A stretch of DNA of 64,000 nucleotides from Blastocystis sp. Blastoise (lineage: Eukaryota > Protista > Bigyra: Opalinata). A program made the translations under genes and the position numbers. Positions 1 through 12,213 of this stretch are shown here, in pieces. The notes beneath the pieces were generated by a model that did not search any database, was not told the origin of the DNA, and worked only from the letters and a program-made list of their open reading frames with translations. Each line of letters begins with the position of its first letter. Positions within the stretch are counted from its first letter, which is position 1. The stretch lies in the NCBI GenBank assembly GCA_039096225.1, contig JBBPEB010000028.1, positions 744,001 to 808,000 on the forward strand. The letters run 5' to 3'.

Positions 1-1593
1 TACTTCTCATGGACTGTCCTCTCGAATATACTAAAGTATATATATATATATGTATATAGATATATATAATCTACAATACTAAATATATAATATGTAAATA
101 TCATCTATACTAATAAAATAAACTCTATAATACTAAATATATAACTATTATCTATAAATATAAAATAAATTTTATAATACTAAATATATAACTATTATCT
201 ATAAATATAAAATAAACTCTATAATAATAAATATATAAATATAAAATAAATTCTATAATCCTAAATATCTATACTACTTGAATATAGCCTGAGTCTCAAG
301 CTAATATAGAAATAACCGATCCTGAGGAATTTAATCGTGCTTTATTAGAAGAAGAAGAAGCTGTAAAACGTATGTCTGAAGATATAATTGCTTTAAAGCC
401 AGATCTTGTAATTACTGAGAAAGGAGTCTCTGATTTATGTCAACACTATTTACAAAAAGCTGGTATTACTGCTATTCGTCGTGTTCGTAAAACAGATAAT
501 AATCGTATTGCCAAAGCTGTTGGCGCTGTTATTTGTCATCGTACTGAAGAAATAGTTGAAAGTGATATTGGTACAGGTTGTGGCTTATTTGAAATTCGTA
601 AAATTGGTGATGAATATTTTGCTTTTATAGAAGATTGTGATCAACCTAAAGCTTGTAGTATATTATTAAGAGGAGGAAGTAAAGATGCTCTTAATGAAAT
701 AGAACGAAATCTTATGGATGTTCTTGAAGTCTGTAAAAATATTATGTATGACCCTCGTTTACTACCTGGTATATATATATAATATTCTATTTATTCATAG
801 TATTATAAATATTGATTTGTCATTATAGTTTTTGGTAGTCTATTTTTATCTTTATATATTTCTTTATCTCCATTCTTTGTCTTTATTACTATTCTATTTT
901 TTTTAAACTCTCTCTCTATATATCTATATCTATATATCTATATATCTATATCTATATATATATATATATATATATATATAACTATTATTATTATGTATAG
1001 GTGGTGGTGCTACTGAGATGGAGTTATCTTGTCGTATTTCTAAGGAAGGTGCTTCTATGGGAGGTATTGATGCTTTACCTTATATTGCTGTTGGAAAAGC
1101 TTTAGAATGTATTCCTCGTACACTCTGCGAAAACTGTGGTGGAGATGTTATCCGTACAATGACTTCTCTTAGAGTATATATATATATATATTAATAATAG
1201 AATAATTTTATTAACTATTGAATATTTATTGAGTATTTTAGTTATTATTAATAATAATAATAATATAAATATAATAATCCTAATAATATAAATATAATAA
1301 CTATATAGGCAAAACATTCGAAGAGTGGAAATGAGGCTATTGGTGTAGATGGAATAAAAGGAACAGAAGTTGATATGTTTAGTATTAATATATTTGATAC
1401 TTATCAAGTGAAAACACAAACTATTAAAACAGCTGTTGAAGTATGTATTCTATAATAATAATTATATTTATATACTTAACAATATCTATTTTAAAATCCT
1501 ATTTTAAAAACAAAAATTTATATTATGAATTTATAGTCTGCATGTATGCTTTTACGTATTGATGATATTGTCTCTTCAGCTCCTTCACAATAA
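1..1593 (+). CDS. CCT3: T-complex protein 1 subunit gamma (CCT3), 3' part, multi-exon; gene starts upstream of the window
   Basis: Spliced exons give LLMDCPLEY..., KPDLVITEKGVSDLCQHYL..GITAIRRVRKTDNNRIA, GLFEIRKIGDEYF, LLRGGSKDALNEIERNL, PGGGATEM, IPRTLCENCG, SACMLLRIDDIVS; stop TAA 1591-1593. These motifs are typical of CCT-gamma. Confidence 0.95.
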
Positions 1594-2106
1594 TCAAATA
1601 AATCTATTTTTTTTTATATAATTTTTATACTTTATATATAAATATGGATATAGATTTAATAATATTCTAGTTTTATTTACTATCGTCTCGTCTTTATTTG
1701 GGAACAAAATATTTCTTATTGTTGTTTATCTATTTTTGTTTTAGTCTGTTGTTCTTGAACGTCTAAGAAAATACATATTCATTTCTATTTCAGTTTATTG
1801 TCAATTTTATTATTGAAATGAATCATCTCCTCAACGTATTTTACTAACGAATCAACTCCGTTCTTAAAACAGACTCTATTTTTTCTTAATTAGCATTTTT
1901 TCGCAATTACTATTTCTTGTTACAACACAAAACACACCATCACTTGGTCCGGAAACACAGTTCATCATCATGCTATTTTAAAAACCTTTCAATGATCCAG
2001 ATTCTTCCATGTCACTGTAATCAATGGCTTCCTATGATAAAAGTCTAGAGAATCCATAGCTTCTTTCGTCATATTCTTTATAAAAATTGAAAATTCCTTT
2101 GAAAGA

Positions 2107-2214
2107 CCCAATCAGCCCACAAAAGAACGATTAAAAAGAAGAATTTGAATCCTGTTTGTAACCAAACGTTTCCATAAAAATGTTTGGATGCAAATAATCA
2201 GTATTTGATTGGCT
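2107..2214. promoter_or_regulatory. Two CCAAT-box-like motifs upstream of selenoprotein 1
   Basis: CCCAATCAG at 2107-2115 and TGATTGGCT (reverse AGCCAATCA) at 2206-2214 match the NF-Y consensus in an otherwise very AT-rich region. Confidence 0.35.
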
Positions 2215-2290
2215 CTTTCTTTTTTCTATTTTATTTATATTATTATAGATTTCGACATAAATATTTATTTATTCAATTTTTACAATTAAT

Positions 2291-2790
2291 ATGTCAGACA
2301 ACAAATTACCCGTTATTACTATTCAGCATTGTTCTTCCTGAGGTTATGGCAATCAGGCTAGAAGATTAGGATATCGCATTGGCTCTGCGATTCCAGAACT
2401 TGAAGGTCGTATCCAGACAGAAGTCTATAGTGGAAAATCATCTGTATATACTCATGTCGTTCTTCTTTTAGAACGCTTTCTCTACATTTTATCATTCTAT
2501 CTTATAGTATTTCGGTTTTTCTGGTGCCTTCGAAGTCCTCTATGATGGTATGTATTAAGTATCATATTTTTTTGATACATGAAATTATTATATATGTTTA
2601 TATATATATATATTTATCTTATTCATTATTTTAAAATATTTTTAGATGTAGTTATATATTCAAAATTACAAGAAGGAAGAATACCAAATCCAGATGTATA
2701 TTTCTTTTTTTTTATTCATATATATATATATATAACTATTTTATATAGGAGATTATTGCCCTTATCTATAACAGAATACATAAAGAATAA
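2291..2790 (+). CDS. Rdx-family (SelW/SelT/SelH-like) selenoprotein, paralogue 1; in-frame TGA (Sec) at 2339-2341
   Basis: Exons 2291-2443, 2508-2547, 2646-2695, 2749-2790 (all GT-AG) give MSDNKLPVITIQHCSS-U-GYGNQARRLGYRIGSAIPELEGRIQTEVYSGKSSYFGFSGAFEVLYDDVVIYSKLQEGRIPNPDEIIALIYNRIHKE*. It has the CxxU, GAFEV and SKL..GR.P...EI Rdx motifs and a SECIS in the 3'UTR. Confidence 0.93.
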
Positions 2791-2884
2791 TTGCTTCTCT
2801 TGAAATATTTTATATATACTCTTTTTTTTTAATAAATCTATTTAATATTTGTTTACATTATATAGAATCATTAATATATTATCT

Positions 2885-3030
2885 TTCATGTATATACTTA
2901 ATCTATAAAATTTTTGATACAATTCTTGTATTTTGATGATTATCTATTGAGAAAGCTTTACTGAGCATCAATAGTATATGAATAAATTCTTATAGACATA
3001 TATTTGCCTATATATGTGAATATATATGAA
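2885..3030 (+). ncRNA. SECIS element (form 2 core 2936-2982) inside an extended multi-stem 3'UTR structure
   Basis: ATGAT(2936-40), helix TATCTATTGA/TCAATAG(T)ATA, apical AAA plus ministem GCT/AGC, then TGAA(2979-82). It lies ~145 nt after the stop of a CxxU gene and is near-identical to the core behind paralogue 2. Confidence 0.9.
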
Positions 3031-3457
3031 TTATTTTATATTTATGTATTGTTTATAATGTCTTTTTGCAATCTATTTATGGTTTTGTTCATATGTTTTT
3101 ATTTTCAGATGAAATAAGTCAACTAGATCATGGTTTATTTCATTCGTAGCATTTGTGAGATACTCGTTATATAATATGATAAAGATAAATTGCTTTTATT
3201 GCAGATATCCATAGAATTAAAAGAATATTCGTTTTTTTATGAAATAATATAGCCTAAATTGCATTCCTTGAGTTTCGTTCAAAGCTATAAATCACTTTAT
3301 GAAGACAAATAAATTAATGAGCACACATGACAACTCTTTAAAGGTTAAAAGATTATAATCACGAAAAATAAACTTTTTGCAACCAAATGAATTCTCTTTT
3401 CCACAAAAAATTAATTTGTTTTTAAATATATTTTATTTTAGCAAAAACAAAAAGAAA

Positions 3458-3920
3458 ATGAATACGTTTTTCATTCGTGCGTTGGCTACCTTAAAGAGCC
3501 CATCTATTAAGATTCTTCATTGTACATCCTGAGGTTACGCTAACATGACTAATCAGATGGTTAGTAGAATAGGCTATGCAATTCCTTCATTAAAAGGAAA
3601 GATAACAGACTCAAAGTATAAGCCTGCATCTGGAATTGTATTTTTGTATAGTATTCTATCATAATAATTTCATTTCTAGTCGTTTGGACCAACAGGAGCT
3701 TTTGAAATCTATTATAATGGTACACAATTTATATATATAAGCTGATTCTATGTATATACAAACTATATTATTATAGATGAACTTATCTTTTCCAAATTAA
3801 AGGAAGGAAGAGTTCCTGATCCTGAAGTATTTCCATATAATATTCATTATTTATTGCTTATTCTATTCTTCTATATAAATATAGGAAATTATAAAGTTAA
3901 TAAAGGAAAAAATGGAGTAA
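3458..3920 (+). CDS. Rdx-family selenoprotein, paralogue 2; in-frame TGA (Sec) at 3530-3532; N-terminal extension resembling a mitochondrial presequence
   Basis: Exons 3458-3637, 3680-3719, 3777-3826, 3885-3920 give MNTFFIRALATLKSPSIKILHCTS-U-GYANMTNQMVSRIGYAIPSLKGKITDSKYKPASGISFGPTGAFEIYYNDELIFSKLKEGRVPDPEEIIKLIKEKME*. The three intron positions and phases match paralogue 1. Confidence 0.93.
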
Positions 3921-3990
3921 TTTCAAAAATCTCCTTATATTTTATATATTTGTTTTTAAAGATGTGTTTAATATATGATATGTTTTCTTT

Positions 3991-4138
3991 AATTTATTAT
4001 TCTTAATCTATATGCTTTATAATACAATTCTATTTGTATTTTGATGATTATCTATTGATAAAACTGGTTTTATAGTCTCAATAGTATATGAATAAATCTA
4101 TATAGAGATACATTAGCCTATGTATTGAATAATAAATT
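3991..4138 (+). ncRNA. SECIS element (form 2 core 4044-4092) inside an extended multi-stem 3'UTR structure
   Basis: ATGAT(4044-48), TATCTATTGA, TAAA, ministem ACT/AGT, TCAATAGTATA, TGAA(4089-92). The ministem shows a compensatory change (G-C to A-U) relative to copy 1. Confidence 0.9.
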
Positions 4139-5115
4139 TCATTGAAATCATATGATATTCATTGTATTCAATTGATATTTTATTTATTTGTTTTCTTTAA
4201 TGTTTGCTTTATTTCTTACATATAAACATCGCTTGATTCAAATAAACAATTGATAATTTCCTTTTTTTCTTTTCTTTTTAAAAGAATAAATAGATTCAAC
4301 ATCTTCTCTCACTTTTGTAACAATTAACATGACAATAATTGATTGCCACTATCGACAAAAACTTAAGTTAACTACATTCAAAAAGAAATTACACTCTCCT
4401 AAATAAATCGTTTATCACAATTTTCAGTGATAATTAATAGATTTAAGAAATAATTCATGGAAAGGCTACTTATTTATTAAAATCAATAAGTACGAGTTAA
4501 AATAAATTCAAAATTGTGTTTCTTATTATATTCATATATATTTTATGTATATAAAATAAGACTCACATTAATTGAAGCACTGTAATAATTCATTTGATGC
4601 AAAATTGTTCTATCTGATAAAAATAACTGACACAATCAACAATATGAATTCAATTAATTATCAAAGTGTAGTATATATACTATGAATATATAAAAATAAC
4701 TTGATTGCAGAAAGTATTGTTGATGATAATCATCATTTGTATGTTATAATAATGTCAAAACTATGTATAACTATGAAATTATTAACTGTTAAACCATTTA
4801 AAGATATTATTACATAACTAATCACAGAGATCAAGAAGATATCAGTAACCATGAATGACAAATTATAGTTTATTTTTCATTTTTGCTCTTCACATAAAGT
4901 CATTCATTCATTATTCGATCATTTATAAGTTTATTACTCACATATCATTGACATCTCAAAAGATATTTAAAAAAAAATAAAACTTGTTAGAATCATTTGT
5001 GTGGTGTTTTTTGTGAATATTTGCTTTAACAAGTTTCAAAAGATTATGGTTGAATATCTTAGTAGATGATGGAAGTCATAATTATTTTTATCTGTTACGT
5101 TTCTCTATTCTCATA

Positions 5116-7312
5116 ATGTCACAAAACACTCGACTTTATGAATTATTTGGTGTAGCTCCTGACTCAACTTTGGAAACAATAACAGTATTTTATGTGTTCA
5201 ACAGTCTTATAGTGATATCTTTTATATATAGAATCAATATAATAATTTGCGTAAATGTTACGATGCTGAGAATAATGCTAATGAAGGTGTGATGAGTTTT
5301 GTATGTGCTGTTCATTATTTTTTTTTATTTCTTGTAGTTACAAGTATATAAAAGAGCATACGAGATTCTTTCTGATCCAATAAAAAGAGTAATGTAATTA
5401 TTTTGATTGTTTTAATATTTTTTTTTAGCAATCTTATGATCAATGTGGAGATGGTACTAGTTATGTATTTGATCCAAATTCTAATACTAATTTAAATGAA
5501 TCAGAAACAGCGAACGTTCCTTCAAATGCTAATAATGTATTAGATTCATCTAATAATACTAATTTAAATGAATCAGAAACAGTGAATCTTCTTTCAAATG
5601 CTAATAGTGTGTTAGATTCATCTAATAATACTAATTTAAATGAATCAGAAGTAACAAATGTTCCTTTGAATGCTAATGATGTATTAGATTCATCTAATAA
5701 TACTAATTTAAATGAATCAGAAACAGTGAATCTTCTTTCAAATGCTAATAATGTATTAGATTCATCTAATAATACTAATTTAAATGAATCTGAAACAGCA
5801 AATGTTCCTTCAAATGCTAATAATGTATTAGATTCATCTAATAGTAATAATTTAAATGAATCAGAAACAGCGAATCTTCTTTTGAATACGAATGATCCTC
5901 ATTGGATAGAAATTAAACAGAGTTCTGAAATTATTGACCAAACTTTAATTGCTATTGATCCTTCGTTACAAACAAATAATCCAGTCACTTCAGAAACCTC
6001 AAATGATGTAGCAAACACAAGTTTGGAACACTTAAATGAATCATCAACTGTTTCTACTAAGGAAGTATCTCTATATGATGAATTTTGGAAGTTTCAAGAT
6101 AAATTTGTTAAAGATAGTTTTTTGGGTGCTATTATGCTACTTATCATTTTTATTGATTTTATTCCAATGATTGTTTTTCCAATTCTATTAGGATTGAGAA
6201 TAGATTCTATTGTTGATTGGAAATTTACCTATATTATGATCCCTATTTTTATATTAGATATTTTTATAATTTTGTGGTGCTTTAGTATTCATACCTGTGA
6301 ATTTTCTGTAGAGGCATTTTTTGCTTTGTATATATATATCTATTATTAAATTATTATAATTTATTAATTTATTTGTTGAATAATTATTTATTTTCTTCTA
6401 TAGCCTAATAAAATTATCTATTTTATGTTTTGTAATATCAACAGTGACTTTCTGTCTTTCCGTCGATTTTCATTATTTCAGTTTAACTATAGGTTTATGT
6501 CCATTATTTTTGGGATATTTATTATGGATAACAGCTATTCTTATAGAGTAAGTATTGAATCTTTTTTTATGGATAATAATTAATATATTATAAATATTTC
6601 TAGTTCTTGCAGATCTGTGGTTCATTTCTTTTATCATCTTCAAAGGTTATTGATTATCCTTCCTGTTATATCTATTCTAATAGCTTCTTTAATCTATGAT
6701 CAAATATTAGAATGGTCATACAATATTATATTTATTCCTCTATGGATTTATTTCATAATTTATAGTTTTTTATTGTATATATATAACTTTAATTTATTAT
6801 GATAATATACATATTATATAGTATTATAACGAGTGACACCCCTTTCGTATTTATATACTATTATTTTTTATTTCTATTATTATATTATAGGGAGAAAATG
6901 ACAACACACACACATCTTTGTGTCGTTATGATGCTTTTTTTTATTCAATTTATCTTTTTGCTTTTACCATTTGTATGTGCATAAAAATGAATGGAAATAA
7001 TATACATTTAATTTATTTTTGCATTCCTTATGTTTTAATTGTATGTATATATTTACATTTATATATTATTATATTTTTTCATTTAAAATATAGATTATTC
7101 TTCTTTGTGATAGTGTCTTTAACTATATGACTGACAACCCAAAATGTGATTCTTCTGTATTTTCCTGTGATGAATGTATAAATACGATGAATGCTAATAG
7201 TTTTTTTACAAATTTATTTGTATATCGTATTATATCAGCATTATTTATGAAGGTTGTTATTGCTTTCATCATATTATCGGTCGTGTTACTCATTATTTAT
7301 ATATTACCTTAG
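5116..7312 (+). CDS. J-like domain + 24-aa repeats + multi-pass TMEM185/FAM11-like membrane region (3' end approximate)
   Basis: MSQNTRLYELFGVAPDSTLETIT|NQYNNLRKCYDAENN..|..RAYEILSDPIKR|QSYDQCG is a J-domain pattern without HPD. The C-terminal hydrophobic hairpins carry W.....IP motifs (RIDSIVDWKFTYIMIPIF, DQILEWSYNIIFIPLW). Confidence 0.7.
5480..5895 (+). repeat. Coding tandem repeat, 72-bp (24-aa) unit, about 6 copies
   Basis: Unit NNTNLNESETxNxxSNANxVLDSS recurs every 72 bp (5551, 5623, 5695, 5767, 5839). Confidence 0.95.
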
Positions 7313-8231
7313 TATTTTATTTATAAAAGCACTTTTCTATATTAACATTCTTTGTATTAAAATGTATAGCTTTCTTGTTTTATTGGTTTTGTTGATTTGT
7401 TTTATTTTCATAATAAATTAATTTTATTAAAATAGTTGATTTAAGTAAACTAATGTAATTATTATGTGTATAGTCTCGTTAATTATATAATTATCATTTT
7501 ATAACATGAAGCAATATGATTTTAATACTTTTAAAGCAATAACTAATTATTTAAAGAGAATGTATTAAAAAATAAATATTGAAAACCATATATATATCAC
7601 TCCATGTAATATTTCACCTATTTTAAGATAATAACTTAATAATTATATATTTGTATCCGCTATTATATTGATAAACAATGTTTTTTTATATAATAAATAA
7701 TCATGAGTATATGCATAGATATAACTAGTAAAAATAATATGTAAACTCTAATATATATAATGTCAAAATTATGAATTATACAAGCACATTAATTATAATA
7801 AATAGAATAAAGAAATAATATACAATCAAAATAAATATTAATTTTGAAACAGAATAATATATATGTATAACAACTTTTTCAAATATATTGGTTTTAAAAT
7901 AGATTGTAACTAGACTTGGGATATCATTCTTATAAGTGTAATTCTATATGACTATTTATTAATCTAATTTTTCATGAATACTTCAAAATAAATTTAAAAT
8001 TAACATTTTATGGTATTCTACTCTATTTATATCATTTATATATATATTATTGAAAATTCTTATTCTATTAAAACACTAGTGTTATCTTATTGAAATAAAA
8101 TAAGAAACAATATTAATTAAATTATATATATATATACATTATAGACACGTTAATATATGAAAAAAAAAGACAAGATATTTATAAAAAAGAGTATAAACAA
8201 TAAATAATAATGGATATATATGTAAAAGAAT

Positions 8232-9788
8232 TTAACGTACCTTATTAAATTCATAATTCACATGATTTTCTTGAATAAATAAAGAATCACTCAATTGTTG
8301 TTTGAATATATCAATTTGTTTATTCGAAATACATTTATAATAATCTATATAATTTAATATAAAGATAAAGATAACATATATACAATCAAAACAAATATAT
8401 TTCAATTTAGGAATCTTTCCATTAATTACAAAATTGATAATTTTTATTAATAGTTCCTCATCACAAATATCTATAAAAAATGAAATTTCATAAATAAAAA
8501 AAATATATATATACATAATTTTAGACTTCTTATGTTTTGAGTTTTATTTATATTTATACAATCAATTAATGTTTCTATTTCATATTTATTCATCATTCCA
8601 TTTTCAGTACCAATAATTGTATTTATAAATGAATGACTATCATATTTACATCGGAAAATAGAAGTATTTGGGTCATATATATAATCACTATCATAATCAT
8701 ATTCCTCATCTATAGAATAGCAATATTCATGAATATGAATAGAATTATTATTGATGAAATACTACCTAATTGGACAATAGTTGAGGATAAAAAGTTATTA
8801 TTATTCATATAGTTACAAAATTGTGTTATAAAAGAAATCCACCATTCATTATCATGTTGATTATCTATATTCACATATTACATAATAATAATAAATATTA
8901 TATAAAAAAAATGCATACATAAATATACATGATTGATACTATAAAATATTATTATTTATATTATAAATATATATACAAATCTTGATATATTTTAATTGAG
9001 GGAAATTATCTAAAGTATATAGTTTGAGAAAGTCATCATCTGGTATATCCTCAATATCTAAATTAATATTTAAAAATAATACTAGCGTGAAATATATAAT
9101 ATATTATGATTGAAATAGTACATATTTAATATATATACCTAGTCTTAAATGAGTTGTATTATGGAAGCAACCTTTGAGAATTAATCGATTTATAAAAGAC
9201 ATGTAGCAACCTAATAAGAATAGTAATTAAAAGTAATTAAATAAATGATCAAAACATATAATAATAATAAATATTAATAATTACTATTTATTATAACAAT
9301 AGAAGCCTTAGGAATTAATTTAATCATAATATTTTCATATACAGTTAAATATTCAGAGAATGAATCTTCATTAATATTATATACTATATATATATTCATA
9401 TGTTGTATAATAGAATATACAATAAATCGTTAATTCATGAATAGTATTAAACTTATTATCCTTAAAAAGAGTTGAAATCCATGTTAAATATTCTATACTT
9501 ATATTCTCATCAACTATAAATAGTATACAAAGCATAATAATAATAATAATATATATATATAATATACAAAGAATAGTTAACTTATTCAAATGTTGTAATA
9601 CACTACTCTTTAAGAATCTCTCTAATGAATTTCTTTTATCAATTTCACTTTGATCATCATGGTTATTATTATTATTATCATCATCATTATCATTATGGTT
9701 ATTATTATTATCATTATCATTATGGTTATTATTATCATTATGGTTATTATTATTATCATCATCATTATCATCATCATTATCATTATGG

Positions 9789-9822
<34 letters not shown>

Positions 9823-12213
9823 CATCATTATCATCATTATAATAGTCATTATCATTATCATTATCTTGTTCTTTATCTATAAACAAATAAATATTAATTT
9901 TTAATATTATATATCAGCAATAAATCAATTATATATATTAATACATACCATTAAATAGTATTTCCAAACGATCAATATGATGCTTATACTTTTCAAAAAA
10001 ATCTAATATTTGGAGATTTTCAGAATGAAAAGAATCAACTGTATAGAACAGTATATATATAATATAAAAAAGAATACATTAAAAGAATAAATAAAAGGAC
10101 ATACTAGAAAGACGATCAAAGAAAATTAGATCTTTCTCGAATAAAACTTCTAAATGTGGAAAATACCAAACCAATTCATCTATAAAAAAGCAAATAAATA
10201 TAATAAATATATTTAGTAATATGATTAAAAATTTATATATATATATATTACATGTATATATATCACATAGATCAATATAAATTGAATAAGTATAAACTAG
10301 TTTATCTAAAAGTAGAGCTAGTTCTTCTTTTTCAATATCCTGAAATCCATATATACGAATAGTATCAATCATAGAAATTAAATTAGCAGGAAAAAGAGAC
10401 TCAAAATTGTAAGTATCTAGATTATGAAAATAGTTTATGATTTATATATAAATATACATATTGTAATTTTGTAGTCTATAATATGTAATTTAGGGAAGTT
10501 TTCTTTCTTTATTAAAGATAATTTGAAAGACTCTATATATATATATATATATATATAAACATATACTATCATCATATATAAGTTCAGTAACATTAGGAAA
10601 TACATGAGTTGCCATTATTTTCATAAACAGTTGATCATCATCTTCAATAGTCAATTCTTTAACTATATTATACATAATATTAATAATAATAATTAAAAGA
10701 AATACTCCAATGAACACTTAACTCGGTTAAACAATCATAAAAGCCTTCTTCAAATAATTTCATAATCATAGTATCACATTGATTAATCCCACCTAAAATA
10801 ACTTATTCTATTTATTATATATATTTATTTACGTGTATCTAAAATGACTTTGGAAATACACAAATAGGAAGGAAGACGTAATAATTGAGAGATACCGCCT
10901 TTAGAAGCTACTTTACCAATACTATTTAATATATAAGTAAAAATGCATAATATTAAAAAATAATATAATTTACTAGAATGTTTTATCACCTGTTTTATCT
11001 ATAAGTATTAATAATGATAATAATTTAAATATATATATATATACAATAATCATATTGAATAGTAACATAATCTTTTAACATATATTCTTCTTCTGATCTA
11101 CTTATTTCTACATTCGAATAATCATTTGTATATATAGCTTCATTAACTATATATTTATATAATTTAGGTAACGCATTTTTTTTTCTTCTTTCAGTAATAG
11201 AATCTATAAATTTATGAGAATAATTTAAATGATTAAGATCTAAAGAAGAAATCTTATTATATTCATTCATATCGGATTCAGTATAATACTCATATTTTTC
11301 AGGATTCTCTATTTCATAGTAACATCTACCAAATAAACGTAAATATTCTATCATATATTCATCACTATTTGGATTTAATAATTGTTCACTTTTCTTATAT
11401 TTTGTAGTTACTATTTATATTATAAAATATATAATATAAAATATATTTATATACCAGCTATCTTCAATTCTTTTAATGCTGGAAAAAGATCCTTAATAGA
11501 GGAAGGACATATATATTCTAATGGAGTATTCGAAGAATATTCATCTATATAGATATTATTATTTATTTATATATAAAATATATACAAATAATTTCAACTT
11601 CAGTAATATTCATCATTTTAAAAAGAAGAGAATAATATAAGAATTCATCTTTCCATTGAGGTGTAAATAATCCTATATATATAAAATAACATGATTATAA
11701 ATAATAATATAGAATTACCTCTTATACTTATTTTTGTTTTATATGAACTAAATATTTCCAAAGGTAGATTCGATGGGTGATTATTATTATAATATCCATA
11801 TATAATACATTTATTCTCTTTCCAATAATTATAGAATAACTCTCTAATATGAAATAATAAATCGCTTTGCTTTTCACTATCAATTGTAACTGAATATTCA
11901 ACAAGTATTTCATATATATCATAACTATCTTTCAAATTTAATGAAAAAAAATCAATATTATCTTTCATTAAAAAAGAAATCACTTTTTCTAGGTAAAAAG
12001 GAAGCATATCGATATAATAACTACCATCTTCATATTTATCAGTACGTTCAATAATATTATAAAATGGAAATTGAGGATATTTCTCCATAAATTCTTTAGA
12101 AATCCATAATTTTGTCTCATCTTGAAACGTAAATAAGTCTAAAAAAAATAAATAGTTCCTAATTAAATTAAAATACATTTCTCTTCAGTTCGGAAAGTTT
12201 CAGAGCCAGGCAT
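8232..12213 (-). CDS. Large multi-exon hypothetical protein with N-terminal BTB/POZ-like domain and leucine-rich-repeat-like C-terminal part
   Basis: ATG 12213 MPGSETFRTEEK|..LFTFQDETKLWISKEFMEKYPQFPFY...DGSYYIDMLPFYLEKVISFL is BTB-like. Later exons repeat FP.L..L motifs (VFPNVTELIY, NFPQLKYI, KIPKLKYICF), and there is an Asp/Asn-rich insert at 9660-9865. Confidence 0.6.

Noticed and set aside
2339-3532. Genome-wide TGA reassignment (Trp/Cys) as the explanation for the in-frame TGAs
   Set aside because: Trp is encoded by TGG and Cys by TGY in conserved genes here, and CWC25 ends in TGA. Both in-frame TGAs sit in CxxU motifs with SECIS elements.
5480-5895. Regular repeats as a CRISPR array (also 25610-25905, 58360-58587)
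   Set aside because: Head-to-tail tandem units with no unique spacers, eukaryotic context, no cas genes.
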